A DNA stretch of 64,000 nucleotides, from contig NC_043004.1 in the NCBI RefSeq assembly GCF_006345805.1, positions 42,842,001 through 42,906,000 of the forward strand. The letters run 5' to 3'. Below the pieces are notes generated by a model. The model did no database searches. It was not told where the DNA came from and saw nothing but the letters and a program-made list of their open reading frames with translations. Positions within the stretch are counted from its first letter, which is position 1; every line of letters starts with the position of its first letter. The stretch is from Octopus sinensis. Taxonomy: Eukaryota. Both the position numbers and the translations under genes were made by a program. Below, one piece after another: positions 26,497 through 40,262 of this stretch.

Positions 26497-28446
26497 TATG
26501 CGAATATAAGAAGGATATGTGGAATAACCGAATGTGACTACATGGGATACATTCGGGTCATATCCTCGCATAAAAGATACTGATTCAAACAGGTGGAAAA
26601 GTTAACAGACGAAATACACCAGACAAAATAATGCGCTGCACTTGGAATTTTATAATTAAGTTCCCATGGTGGTAATCGAATGCCGTGGAAGCAAAAGTGG
26701 TGGTATCAAGGTTACTATTACTGAAAGACAACATTTGTTGAAATATAAGCTTTATTATTTTGGTATTGTGGAAGTTGCATTGCCTACAAATTTCGAAAGC
26801 TTTTGAAACTGTGATCTTAAATTTCCATTGCTATTTGCAATTCAACAGCTTTTTAAATGACATGCATGGATTGTGTTTCTGAAGGCAGATGTTCCGGAAG
26901 GAACATACTGGACACGATTAATTGGAGTTGCGATGAATGAATTGATAATACTTGAGTAAGCGAAGAAGCCGTTGTTATAACACTGGAAATAGCAAAAATA
27001 CATACCACGTCTATGAAATTCAGTATTGTTTGTGAATAACCCTTTCTTCCGGATACAGGATGGTATGTATTTGTGTATAGTGGCATCATTCAACAGGAGT
27101 GAGCACAGATCCTTCGTGGATATAACATGACCTTTGTAGAGATTTAGTATTTTATTTACTGCTGTTTAGATCTACTTATATAATACAGAAAATATATCGC
27201 ATGCTTTACTTTACATATATTTATCTCCAGTCTGTCGCGTTGAACCTGGTTAAATGATCAACGCTACGGAATATATAGTTATGCGAAGAATCTAACCAAG
27301 AAAATTGTGCTAATTTATGTTAGTCACTTGAACAATAATACTAGATATATGAATTATTGTATTCGATCTTTTTCATAAAATTTCTTAACATTAATGGGGA
27401 AAAACTTTCAGATTAAGAAAACAAAGAGATTCATATTTGAAGTCAAGTCAATGTTAATCGGACAGACCTTAAATCATAATTTAATCATAATAACGTTGAA
27501 GTGGTCGGTATATTGATGGCACCTGAATTTATGAATTCGGATGTGATTTATTAATTTAGTTATTGGCATAATCAAATATTCATTAGACGTAATTAATCAT
27601 GGCAATTTTTTAAAAAACTGTACAAAAAGTTTCGTTTTTGAGAAATCTCCAAAGAGAAAGCATAACCTAATTATCATTTCAAAGAGATAGGTTAAATGTC
27701 AGTTACGTGTTTGGAATCATTCCAAATGCAGCTCTTCCCACTTTTCTGTAATAAAATAGAAATGGAATGTGCATTTAATAATTATGTCATGATTTTGTCA
27801 TTTATTCTATGAAAGACAAAGTGACAGCATAATTTGTTGAGGCAGAGGAATAGTATACATTAAGAGAGAAGGAAACAGCCATAGAAAGAATTTAAGATAT
27901 CCGGGTATTTGTAGATGATTGCTGTATATAGGATATATAAATATGTTTTAATGGGTCATGTGTGCTGACTGAAGAGCTCAATCAAATGAATGCTTTCCTG
28001 GCTTGTGGTTTGTTACAAAATGTGATATTGATTACTTTTCCGATATATCACAGAGACAGTTGAATTTAGGTAGTAATTATAAAGTTGACCGACCAACGTT
28101 TGAAATATAACACCTCTGTTTTGCAATACAAATAGTGTCACGTCAAGAAATAAAGGAAAATCTTTGCTCAGTGTGGGTGCACATGTACAGGCGTGTGATC
28201 GAACATTAGTGTATACTTCACAATCTACAAGTTAGTTCCTAGACGTAGGAGAGTAGAACTTGTTGAAAGATATGAATGGTAGGAATAATGAACTCTGTTG
28301 TTCAGGAAATTTGAGGGAAGAAACAGATGATTTGTAAGTTGTTCCCTGCAATATTTCTCTTTCATCTAAATGTTTATCTTTTAAAAAATGGATGCCAGTA
28401 CATTTTAGCAGCTTCCTCCCGATTATATTAATAGAATTCCCATAAT

Positions 28447-28661
28447 CTTTTCGTCTAAAGGTGCAAGGTCTGGAATTTTGGGGTGGAGGCACTAGTCGAT
28501 TACATCAACCCCAGTGTTTCACTGGTACTGAATTTATCGATCCCCAAAGGATAGAAGGCGAAGTCGACTCGGTGGAATTTGAATTCAGAAAGTAAAGACG
28601 GACGAGACGCCGCTAAATATTTCGCCCGGCGTGCTAACGATTATGTCAAATCCCCGCCTTA
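28447..28661 (-). mobile_element. Family S2 SINE, diverged
   Basis: AATTTATCGATCCCCAAAGGATAGAAGGCGAAGTCGAC..GGAATTTGAATTCAGAA..TTCGCCCGGCGTGCTAACG. Confidence 0.85.
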
Positions 28662-28714
28662 TCTATAGTTTGCTTTATCTGTTGACGCGACAATATTTGT
28701 TGACGTGACAATAT

Positions 28715-28975
28715 AAGCCTGAGACCATGTTGCATAACCCCCTACACAATTCTGGCCTACTGCACATACATTCGCTGCAATACAATTTCTTTCTCTCAAC
28801 AGGCACCGGTTTATGTAACATTATCCTAAAACAAATCAAGCAAGAAAACGATCGCATCACCTTCAAACGAAGCATGAACAAATTCCTTCAAGGGATAACA
28901 TACAAGCCACCGCCAATCTGGATTCATCTCAGTCAACAACACCTTACATAAATGGGTCATGGTACCACAAAACAT
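28715..28975 (+). mobile_element. CR1/L2-group LINE 3' fragment
   Basis: FFLSTGTGLCNIILKQIKQENDRITFKRSMNKFLQGITYKPP resembles the GP.LFN.LP....FK..LD.FL..IPD.P terminus. Confidence 0.5.
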
Positions 28976-30027
28976 GTCTTTAAAATGACTTAACTCATCC
29001 TATCAGGTGGTGTTATTACATCAAATATGTCCTGGGTCATTCTAGTCAAAACATTTCTAAGTTATCGACATATGGCTAATGTTGCGCATCGGTACTTTCA
29101 TTTCTGTTTTCTTGTCTTCTGGTTGTCGTTCAGAAACTATACATTACGACTCATGAATCATTATCGGCTGCTTTTCTTGTCATCAAAACATCTAGCAATA
29201 AGATTAAATTAATAAATGGCGAAAGGGTTCCAAATAAAAAAAAATGTAAGAGCAGTCTGTCGTTTTAGTTCGTCGTCTTTTTAACAATTAGTAATTGTAA
29301 CTTGTACACATTCCGTTCCAAAAGAAAATGACTAAATAGTTGTAAAAGATTACTATTGCGACATGGGTCGGTAAGAGAATGTTGTACTCGTGTTTATAAC
29401 TTCGTTATGACTTGTGCAAACATGTGACGTTAGAGAGACGCAGAGTGAGAGAGAGAAAGAGGGAAGAAGTAAGAGAGGGATATAGTAAATACAAGAGTCA
29501 TCTGAATATTAAATTAGGTGTAATCTATTCACTGATTGCTGCATCTCTGCCCTGTCCGTCTAATCCAGCTCGCTTTAAAGTGTTCATCTGAGTTCTGCTT
29601 GTTTACACGCGTCTTTGTAAGCTGCAATTAGCATGTGTAATGTTCACAGGTTTTCAATCAACAATATGGGATTCATTAGAACTTTTGCTGACATCAGTCA
29701 AATAATTATATCTGTATTTGTAGAACGTCATTGGCTAACATTGTTATAGCGTCATCACTCAATCTATATATTCTGATTGGTTGCTTATGAAGTCTAATAA
29801 GGAAGAAGGTAGGCTCAAAATGAAGCAGAAATCCACTTTGTACATTTGTGGTATTCCACTGTTTAATTTCTTGGTGTCCTCAATAAACTTGATTTTTTCG
29901 AAAATGATGTATGTATGCAATAATAAATCTCTGAATGAGGTATAAACAGTAATTGCACGACAATGTGAGGTATATTTGCCATTTCAATATGGCTAACCAC
30001 TAAGGGTGGGTGTTACTGTAGCTATAT

Positions 30028-30062
<35 letters not shown>

Positions 30063-30256
30063 TTATGTGTGTGTGTGTGTGTGTGTGTTTAAAATATAAA
30101 AGTGTATAAAATATTTTTATCCACTGAGAGAACTACGCCCCAAAAAGTCGTTATATATCTCTCATCACAAACGCTTATTTCTCCTGTTTTAGAAAATATT
30201 ATATGTTCATTTCCTTCATTATATTTTCTCATTATTTGCACTGATTATAGAAATAC

Positions 30257-30338
<82 letters not shown>

Positions 30339-30379
30339 CATATATAAATGCTTTTGTAATATTATATTATCGATGCTGT

Positions 30380-31146
30380 TTTTATAACAATAAAAATTAT
30401 TATTATTATTATCATTATTATCATTATTTATTTTATTTTTATCTCAGGTTGAGTTGGAATTTCTGGAGTCTTGCTTCCGTAACGGGCTTACAACCTGCAC
30501 TATACAATACGATACCATTCGTTCTTTTCGGTTATCTAATAGTTTCCTGATTATTCTGGCCCTGCTAATGAGACAAGCGGTTTGTAACAATTCTCCTGAG
30601 CTCTTTATTCCAATTACCTTTATATTCCAATCTATTTCTCCCGAGACTGATCCCAAGGACCCAGCAATAATTGGCTCTTTCTTCTACCTTCTTCGTTTTC
30701 TATAGCCTGGCTATTTCGTACTTAAGAGCGTTGTATCTATCATTCTTGACTTTTTATTTGTCAAAAGGGGTATGCAACGTTAACTATATAGAATATGTGG
30801 TGCGCCTTGTCCACCACCACTAGTTTTGGTCTGTCTGAATTAGGAAATCTCTGCGGTTTGTGCTCATACCATGTCATGCCTCTCTCTAGCTTCCTAATTT
30901 TTCGCACAGTTTCCAATGTTGCACATTCGTGACCATGTTATGTGGCTTAAAACTTGTAGTAATTTGGGGTGAGTCTAGGGCATTCGTTCGTGATATGGGC
31001 AACGGTTTTATCCACTCTATTGCAGATGTGACACAGCGGAGACACTTGCTCACTCCTCAGGTTAAACCTCCAGTTCGTGGACAGTGCTTGTTTCCGCGCT
31101 GCCAGTATAGTATTTTCGGTTTCTTTTTTTAAGGTTCCTTTCATCA
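30380..31146 (-). mobile_element. R4/Dong-type RLE non-LTR retrotransposon 3' fragment
   Basis: KGTLKKETENTILAARKQALSTN..SPLCHICNRVDKTVAHITNECPRL..RHDH (CCHC plus RHD), RPKLVVD.., IIAGSLGSV..LLQTACLISRARIIRKLLD; (AAT)n tail and (TAA)n 5' flank. Confidence 0.85.
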
Positions 31147-31149
31147 GCC

Positions 31150-31205
<56 letters not shown>

Positions 31206-31250
31206 TTATTATTATTATTATTATTATCATCATTATCATTATCATTATTA

Positions 31251-31287
<37 letters not shown>

Positions 31288-31304
31288 CATTATTATGTTT
31301 ATTA

Positions 31305-31340
<36 letters not shown>

Positions 31341-31378
31341 TATTATTATCATTATTATTATTATTGTTGTTGTTGTTA
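31146..31378. repeat. (TTA)n microsatellite
   Basis: Direct reading. Confidence 0.95.
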
Positions 31379-31689
31379 TCCTCTTCTTTCAATTTTGTTT
31401 CCATTTCTTGTGATGTGTGTTCTCGACACACAGGGCAAATAATATATCTCTATACATTGGTAGGGCATTGAAATAAACACACCAGATTGCTTATTTACGA
31501 AGTCATGTGTTAGATAAAAAGGGGGAAGTAAGAAGGATAGGAAAAGGAATGAAGAAAATTGAAAAAAAAAGAAAACAGAGAGTATAAAGGAGGAAAAAGG
31601 AAAGAAAGTTCACAGTGACAATGCTCTTCTCAGTATGTGTGACGTAACACTTAAAAAATTATTTTGAACTCTGCATGGATATTAAAACA

Positions 31690-32700
31690 GGGATCGTCCT
31701 CAAATAATTTTCAGTTCCGTTTTTGATTCATTCAAAGTTTTCCTACAATAACTGATATCGTATCCGTCTTGCGATGCCACATTTACTGGAGCTCATTAAA
31801 TTTATTCCAGCTGAGCACTGGGTTCGATGAAATCAAACATCTTTCTCTCAAAATTTCAGACCTTTTTCATCCAGTAGAATGCTTCATCATCATCATCATC
31901 ATCATCATCTACATCATCATAGATGCCATAACCAGTATCATCATCAACATCACCATCATTGCCATTGCCACCACTATTTTTATTAATGCAGTTAAATTCA
32001 TTACAACGTTTTCTACTTATGAGTAGCTGACTGGAATTCACTTCCCGGCAGAATCGATTTTTTTCCAGCTTTACCGTTCATTACTAAAATAATCAAGAAT
32101 GGTCCAGGTTCTGTTGGTGCACTTTGTCGAATCTATTTCCCTTTTGTCTTCCATAGACTTGCGGCAACCAGTACTCAATAAGAATATTTTTATTACTTTG
32201 GTTTTCTCTCATAAGTCTGTCATATAAATGAAAATGCTTTTTCTGTTCCGCTGTCATTATTAAACTGTAGAAATGTGGATATCGGTTTTCCTTCGTTTAC
32301 ATTTCTGTATTATTGGCTTTGAGTCTGATTGCATTAAAGCTGCCGCATTATTGCATAAGAGCTTCAGAAATGACTATTATTTCTGTTGCTCTTAAACAAA
32401 TGTTATGCCACGCGGTATATGTGCAAGGAAAAGTATATATACTGCAATAAAAGGCTCCAAGGTAACCTAAACACTGCAATGCTTGCAATCAGTAATCCAT
32501 TACCCCCATCACATATTTGACAGGAATATAACAACACCAAACTTTGCTTTTGGAAAGAATCGCAATCTGACTAGTTCGATTCTCATGGTTTCATTTTTTT
32601 CTGCTCTTATCGACACAGCCAGAGTTTATATGGAGTCTATGATTACTTCCTTAGTCGAATGCCGTTTTTGTTTCCTTTAATGCACTACTTTGGACACCAT
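31690..32700 (-). mobile_element. Possible older, very decayed R4/Dong-type fragment, interrupted by (CAT)n
   Basis: Weak echoes: FPKAKFGVVIFLSNM*WG (HPKADVDRLY..GGRG), NGKAGKKSILPGSEFQSAT (NGKLKKETESLI.AAQEQAL), FYWMKKV*NFERK..EP. Confidence 0.3.
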
Positions 32701-33573
32701 ATCACGATTGCTGCTGTTATTGTGAATGGGATATAGAAGTTTCTTGCCCGTCAATAAATATAGAAAGCAACGCTTTGCTTTAGAGATATGGTAAATCGAT
32801 CAGAAAATATGGCAAAGTTCAGGGACTGAGGACGCAATGATGGTCGAATGTTTAAAGTATATGCAATTATTGTAATCAACATGTATCAACCTTGATGAAC
32901 TTGGCAAACATCTCTATGTATAAGTTCCAAGTGCTATATAGATGAAGAGGATCTCAAAATGCAAATAAAGTAAGGCAGCAATGGCTACGTGTTTTTTCAT
33001 TTCTTGCTTTAGAATTTTATCTGCCATGTGGGATCTGAAGGAAACGAAAATCTTTTAATCTGTTTGAAGAGAATAATATGCTGAGAATTAAGTGTCCTGA
33101 AATACCTCACAAATGCAATACTATTGTGTATTATATGTTGTGCCTCAACCATAAGACCCAAATATTACACATGAGTATTTCATGAATGTAGTCGCATAAG
33201 AAATGAAGCCAACATGAAATCATGTATTTTAAAACTGTTTCTTTGTAATACTACAGTCTGGAATAATTCAAGTTACAAGACAATTAGTACAATCGTTAAG
33301 ATGCCGTTTCCACGGTTTTCCCCTCCCTCGTTTCGGCATCGTGGAAACAAGTACCTATCGACCACTATGCGCGAGGTAATCGACTTATCTTCACCTCACA
33401 AAATGTCAGGCCTTGCACCTATTGCAGAAAGTATTATTTTTTTCATTTCATACCTCGTGAACTTTAGGATTTCTCTCTTGCCTTCACATGCATGCAATTT
33501 GCAAACACAAGCACGATAACATTGTCGGCAGGTTTCCTACACACATTCTTCGTATTAATATTTCAATTACATT

Positions 33574-33960
33574 TAAGACGGCGAGTTGGCAGAATTGTTA
33601 GCACCCCGGGCAAAATGCTTTGTGACATTTCGAGGTGGAGTTTGCCTTTCCTCCTATCAGGGTCGAGAAGATAAGTACTAGTTGAGTACTGGGGTCGATC
33701 TCATCGACTTAGTTCCCCCCGCGTATTTGCTAGCCATGTGCCAAAATTTGAATACAAAGTAAAAAGTAAATTTAAGGCGGTGAGTTGGCAGAATAGTTAG
33801 CACGCATTTCGTTACTCTTCACATTCTGAGTTCAACTTCCGCCAATGTCCACTTGGCTTTTATCCTCCTGGAGTCCCTATAGTAAGTACCAATTGGATAT
33901 TCTGGTCAAAGTAATCGAACTACCTCCTCCATTGAAATTCCTGGCCTTGTGGGCAAAATT
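33574..33960 (+). mobile_element. Two adjacent diverged family S2 SINEs (33574-33755; 33770-33960)
   Basis: Each begins AAG(A/G)CGG(C/T)GAGTTGGCAGAAT.GTTAGCAC. Confidence 0.85.
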
Positions 33961-34076
33961 AGCATTCAATATTTAAAGTAAACGACCCACTACCTTTCGT
34001 ATATCTGTCTAATACATTCATTAATTGCGTGTCGACAAGCACATGCACATAAACATGTATGCATACACGCATGCAG

Positions 34077-34160
<84 letters not shown>

Positions 34161-34210
34161 ATGTTACTGCATACATATATCGTATATCGTATAAACGTTT
34201 ATAATATATA

Positions 34211-34875
34211 CGGTGATTCCCATAAGTCACTATATACTTTCTTTTCCTTATTTCGTTTCAGATTTCATTCGGAGAGACATGAGGCCATCAGAATTTGACA
34301 CCTTAGATTTGCAGTTTTTGTAGGTCTATTATTCCCTTGCCCTTGGCTCAACAGTCGCCGTTAGAGTAGCGTTGCAAAATAGCCGCCTTGAAAGAGGTTT
34401 TTCAGTCCCCTTTTGAAGTTAATCGCAAGTTTGAGAAAGTTTGTCCGTCACATTGCTCCAACGCGAATTTAATCTATCCATAGAAAGTTTTTCGAAACAA
34501 GATTTGTTCTTGAGAAACCATGCAGTGAAAAAAAACCCAAAAAAACACTGAAGTGTTGAAGCAGGAGTTCGGGAAAAGCCTGCGTAAGTTTATCTGGAGG
34601 GTTTCACTGGCACTTTACATCAACAAAATCTCTGTTCAGTGGCTGCTTCGGAGAGTGATAAAGCTCTACCCGTATCGTATTCAAGCTGTTCAAATGTTTT
34701 AAGCGGAAGATTATAATACTCTGTGAAAATGCGTAAACCGTTCCTAAAAAATTACCAAAGCGACTCTCAGTTCTTGGAAAACGTATGGTTCAGTGATGAG
34801 TCTGTCTTTCATCTCTCTTATCGGGTAAACCGGCACAATTGTCGAATTTTGGGGAAATCAAACCAATAGAATTTC
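34211..34875 (+). mobile_element. rosa/maT-like Tc1-mariner relic, 3' truncated at (TA)n
   Basis: TA|CGGTGATTCCC terminus; KLYPYRIQAVQ..FLENVWFSDESVFHLSYRVNRHNCRILG matches the WFSDEA.FHL.G.VN..NCRIWG motif. Confidence 0.8.
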
Positions 34876-34892
34876 TCGAACATGAAGGAGAC

Positions 34893-34932
<40 letters not shown>

Positions 34933-35172
34933 GTGTGTGTGTGTGTGTTTGTGTGTATGTATGTGTGTGTGTGTGTGTATTTTTGCCTTGTTTACTATTA
35001 ACACGGAAAAATAGATAAACAGTTACCAAGGCAGGAAAAAAATCACAGAAGTTATAAGGACGCAACAAGCTGTTTGTAAAGGTAGAAACTCTGGGTTTGA
35101 TGTGAAATATTTTGTATAATATATATAAATAAATAAATGGAGTTAAACGCAGTTGTTATTCAAATTCTTGTA

Positions 35173-35259
35173 CTTCCGACATATGTTTCGAAGACAACAT
35201 TGGTATTATTCCAAAGGAATAAAATGGTGTAAAACAATGTAATCTTCTCATCAAGGAAA
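35173..35259 (-). ncRNA. Type I hammerhead-ribozyme-like motif (TTGATGA core)
   Basis: Stem I TTCC/GGAA; TTGATGA; stem II GAAGA..ACATTG..TATTCC-TTT-GGAATA..CAATGT..TCTTC; GAAAC ATAT GTC (palindromic stem III). Confidence 0.65.
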
Positions 35260-35490
35260 GAGAGAAAGAAACCAAACTCATCAATAAGACATTTTACCAG
35301 AATGTGATGGATGTGCATATTTAGAAAACCGTTACAGAAAATAACTGCAAAGATACCCTATAGAAAGAGGAGGGATAAAGGAAAGAAATAAGCAGAAAAC
35401 TAATAAATGAGAGCGATATGTGAATTAAATAGAAGCTTAAACTCTTGGAAACAGAGATATCTAGTGGAAGTGAATTGTAAGAATATATAT

Positions 35491-35545
<55 letters not shown>

Positions 35546-37089
35546 ATATACATACCAACATACCATGGTTTCGGGTCCTGGACCGATGGGCCTCAACCTT
35601 ATTCAGTACGAGTTACTGGGGCAAAAATTCCAAATCCGTCACTTTATAAATCCATCAGCGTACTGGTTTAATTTGCACCAAAACCAGCCCACGCGGTGCA
35701 AATATTTGCGAAAAAACATAATATTATCATTTAAAAATATACACCACAGATAATATTAACAATATTAAACTCTTACTTCAAATGTAAAGATTCGAATGTT
35801 TTTGCTCATAAATATTTGTAATACGCAGACTGGTTTTTGGTGCAAATCAAGAAAGATGCAGATGGATTAATAACGTGGCAATTAAAAATTTTTTGCCCTA
35901 TTATTTCGTATACCCGAAACGTTGGTATATGAGCATCTGAATGGCATAATTGTTATAGGTATGCTTTTCAATATCTTAATTACTTATCGATTTCCTTGGT
36001 TATTGTTATTTTCTATTATTTTGGTCCCTCCCGGTGGTTGAATTCAGGCTTTAGCTCTTATTTGAAAGCAGGTAGATGCTGACAACCTACCTGTTGTTTC
36101 TTCTAAAGTGACACATTTTGAAGATAATACAGAGAATTGATTAGCTGCGGCCAACGAAACGTAGCCACATGTGTTTAAACATTCTATGCGTTGGAAGGCG
36201 GGAGTTAAATCAAAGAAAGAAAATATACGGTAATGATAAAAATTGATGATTTATCTGATGATATTAACTCCGGATCTGACATGACTCAGTACGAGTTAAA
36301 CTTTTACATTTAATTAATCAGACGAGAAAATAAATATTTCCTTAATTCCGTTTTATTAGACAAATTATCGTGTCCTTAGAACTGAATGACTCCACATTTA
36401 ATACCATTTCAATAGACAGATTATATAAATACGGTTGGTTTAAACAGTTATTATAATGATTTGAAAATCTTTGACAAATGAAATTACCCAAGCAACGTCA
36501 GATAATACGAAATACATACTAAGCTGTTTAGCAGTCCATGAATGGCGCTTCCTTAGACGAGTGCGGTTTCCTTTGATCTCATAGTTCAAAGACGCACGAA
36601 GTTCTAAAATGACCAATTGCCCAGTGATTACGATGCAATTTTCATAATTTGGCGTGAATAGATAATAGATAATTTAAAATAGTTCTTACGCACCTGGTAA
36701 TCTACTTACTCTGGTCCTATAATAAATACCTTGAAAATTGAGGTTTCTAGAAGAGGCATAAACTTTCACGAATGTATATTCAGCTGGATACTATAAAGCC
36801 GTTTTCAATAACAGCTTATAAAGTAATTTTTTGAAAATATCATTAAGGATCATGCCCAGCCTTTGAGTAGATGGATTCTTAGGTCAAATTCCATATTTTG
36901 AGCGTTAATTTCTTCGATCGAATATACATGATGCTTGAATTAGCGTTCGAATTGCCTGGGTATTTCATAGACACGCGTGTATTTTAACTAAAACTCGAGG
37001 AGAAGCAGTGTTATGTAGATATGAGAAGGCTTTTTAATAAAAAGCAACTCAATCCGAATTGTTTTAATGTTGTTTCTGTCTAACGAACT

Positions 37090-37266
37090 TCATTTAGAAG
37101 ACATGGGTCGACCCGAGTCAGAAGTAAACGCAACATTTTGACGCTGCCTTGATGTTGAAAGCTTGTAGGTCACAAGCGAACTGCTTAACTTCTGAGACAT
37201 GTATGCATCCGCACATATAGTTAAGTACAAATCGTTATATACGTATTTATGTGGACAACCTTCAAG
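37090..37266 (-). CDS. Candidate terminal coding exon of an unrecognised spliced gene
   Basis: cttcttgtttttatttcag acceptor; LEGCPHKYVYNDLYLTICADAYMSQKLSS..GRPMSSK*; phase-compatible with the candidate at 39545-39761. Confidence 0.25.
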   Translation of the reverse strand, partial: LEGCPHKYVYNDLYLTICADAYMSQKLSSSLVTYKLSTSRQRQNVAFTSDSGRPMSSK

Positions 37267-37379
37267 CTGAAATAAAAACAAGAAGATATCCATTTAAGAA
37301 CAAATCCATAAAGATATCCATACCCCTGTAAACATATGTCTTCATATATGATTATATAGACAGGTATGTAAGCGTATTA

Positions 37380-37720
37380 TATTATATTATTATGACTGAC
37401 TCCTCGTTATCGAGTATGGCCATTGCACGAAGTTTAACTGTTACTGGTGCTGTGATCGAATGTGACTTTTTAGCCCAGCTAAAGATCTACAATATCTTGT
37501 ACAGAATTGGCAACTAAAACCTTTACCGGTAATAGTCGGCTGTAGTTGTAACTGGGCTTCATGTACCTTTGCATGTCGTTTAAGTCCTCCTGCCGAATTA
37601 CACTCTCTTCCACATGCCCGACAGATATGATTAGTATGGTGTGTTATACCATCACCAGTGGCCAGGTTGTCACTTATCTGTCTCGCTTTATGACTACGAA
37701 GATGACTGTATGTATGATAA
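37380..37720 (-). mobile_element. RTE-clade LINE 3' end with two C2H2 fingers
   Basis: HICRACGRECNSAGGLKRHAKVH and FSCQFCTRYCRSLAGLKSHIRSQH*; 3' UTR GCCATACTCGATAACGAGGAGTC then (AAT)-rich tail. Confidence 0.8.
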
Positions 37721-37799
37721 ACTGGAGACTCTATGTATGTATACATACATACATACATACATACATCGATGAGACAAATTATTGTAGCTAGGATACTAT

Positions 37800-38470
37800 A
37801 TAATGAAATACGTCGAAAGGATAACCTGAGGAGAAAGGAATGAGAACCCACAGTGTGTTAGAAACCAGAGCCACACATAATAAAAATGAATACTCGCGGA
37901 AGGTCCCAGTGAAAACCTCAATAAATTGTAGGCACAACGGATTTAATATATTGATTTAGGACAGAGAAGAGAAATTGTGTAATGTTGTGGAAATTAGCTA
38001 CCCAACGGATGTTAATATAAAACTGAAGATCAGTGAAAAAGAGAATACCTACGCTGAACTATTGTAAAATCTGCAATTACTGTATTCAGATTATAAGTTC
38101 CGGTTTATACCTGTAATTATTAGGGCACCAGGATATGTTACACACTGCCTAAATACTAATATTGAAAATGTTGGCTTCTCAAAATCAGAAAGGAGTGAGC
38201 TGATTCGAAAACGACAGATCCAAGTTATCACTGGAAATATAAAATCTGCAAAACTTTCCAGAATTTTATCATATAAGTATATATGAGCATGCTTAGATAT
38301 GCAAATATATGCACGAGAAGATACAAATTAGACAAAACATACAAATATGCCCATAACATACATGCATACAAAAATACCCTGTTGATGTTGAAATTCAACT
38401 GAGGGAGCCTTGGATCTAGGCTAGAAACCGGCTCTTTCTCTATAATCAAGAAATCATAAAATGAAAGTGA
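37800..38470 (+). mobile_element. RLE-type non-LTR (R4/NeSL-like) 3' fragment
   Basis: VPVKTSINCRHN..ILI*DREEKLCNVVEISYPTDVNIKLKISEKENTYAELL..FIPVIIRAPGYV, matching the PD..D/E-xK RLE region and the PVIIGALG motif. Confidence 0.75.
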
Positions 38471-39544
38471 ATAGTCACATACATGTATGCACACATATAT
38501 GAATATATTAAAAATATATGTGAGTGTGCACGTGTGTGTGTGTGTGTGTATGTGTGCATGCATGGGTGTGTATGTATATGTATATCGTGAGTAGTGATGG
38601 AGCGTCTCTGAAACCACTCTCACTTATATTTTCAATTAACCGTTATAGCCTTTAATTTTAGTTAATACCTAAATGGACTCACTCATATCTTTCTTTCTCA
38701 TAAGAATAAATAAGAATCTCCTATTCTGCTATTTTGTTTTTGAATTCATTTGTAAAAATTTTGTTTATACTTCTTGCACTGAAGAGTACAGTGATATATA
38801 ATTAATTTAATTTAATCTAATTAATTTAATTAATTCTATTCAAGCATGAATTTGTAAGATTTTTATATCGCTGTACGAAACGATCGTCAGCATGAATTAA
38901 AATACTTTTATACTTTAGCACCTTCTCTTCTCCATTTTTATCAAAATTGTTGAGTTTCATGGGATTTCTTTCCCAAAATTCACAAAACACCAAATACAGG
39001 TACTATTTTCATATTCGCAATTTTATGCCAGTAAGCTACCAGCAAAATAGGAAGAGTCTATATTAGAAATCATTTTTTGGAAGCCTCCAAATTAAAAGAC
39101 TATTCTAATTCGACATTTTTATACACACACACACACACACACACTTATATATGCATACATATACATACATATACATGCATACATATATGCACGCATTCTA
39201 TTCGTGGATTCTAATGTTGATAAAGTTATTCCATTAAATGCTGACATTATGTAATGTGCATCTTGGAACAGTGTTAGAAATTGGTCAGTATAAGGGCTGA
39301 ATATACGCTGAACTTTGTGACTGAGAAGAAGCTTACTTTCGTAGAATCTTTTGCGCATGTTTCTCCTTCATGAAGAACTATCCATCGATCACCACTGAAA
39401 TAAGAATATTTTGATAAAGTTACATTCATTCTCTGAATAAATTTCGTGGTCTGTCAACTTAATGTGCGATACTTATCTAACATACACTGAAATCTTGATG
39501 TTTTCAACACACTGCTCTACCTTTGAGGACGCAGGCTTGCCTAC

Positions 39545-39761
39545 CTGGAACACGACAAACATAGTGAGAAAGCCGTGACAGCAGCGACGAACTTTGAATA
39601 GCAATTTTCTTGCAGACATTACGGACAATCTGCAGGTTCCTGTTGTTAAATCGGGACCTAACACCGAGTCTGCAGCAGCTGATTGAAACAGCCACCTTGA
39701 TGGATCTAGGTGTGAAAAGCAAATCCATAATGGTATAAATTCCACGATAAGACGTAGTACG
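39545..39761 (-). CDS. Candidate internal exon (217 nt), product unknown
   Basis: cctttttattttcaccag acceptor, CAG|gtaggc donor; open frame VLRLIVEFIPLW..FLTMFVVFQ (phase 2 to 0); relatively GC-rich. Confidence 0.3.
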
Positions 39762-40061
39762 CTGGTGAAAATAAAAAGGTGATCACAGACACATGCACAC
39801 ATGCACACGATTGCAGATAAATTCATCGACATCAACACATCGAAGTAGAGTTCACCGCCACCAATTCATCGTCAGGAAAATTCACGGTGAATTTCGAAAA
39901 TAAGGCATTTAAATAATTCTCTTCCTGTGACTATATCTCCCCGTAAATTTTCTTTGCGGTGAACATTCTTCGCAGTGAACATTCTTTACGGTGAATTTTC
40001 ACTGTGGTGAAATGATGATATTATGCTTTCCGGACATGCACACATATACACACAAAGTATA

Positions 40062-40262
40062 CAGGCGTTGGAAAATATAATGGAAACACCTTAAAATATT
40101 CAAACAAATTTATTTTAATATGGGGGTAGGACGGGCTTTGGCCGTAATTACAGCTTGAATTCTACGAGGTATGGATTCGTAGAGGGTTTGAATTGTTCCT
40201 AAAGAGATTCTTGTCCATTCTTCAGTTAAAACAGTCTCCAGATTATTCAGATATTCTGACCT
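40062..40262 (-). mobile_element. Tc1 3' end with TIR
   Basis: TA|CAGGCGTTGGAAAATATAATGGAAACACC terminus; minus strand LETVLTEEWTRISLGTIQTLYESIPRRIQAVITAK. Confidence 0.8.

Noticed and set aside
38399-38440. CTGAGGGA-GCCT..AGGC-TA-GAAAC hammerhead-like string in an RLE LINE 3' UTR
   Set aside because: The core has extra bases, stem I is at most 2-3 bp and stem III mismatches; not supportable.
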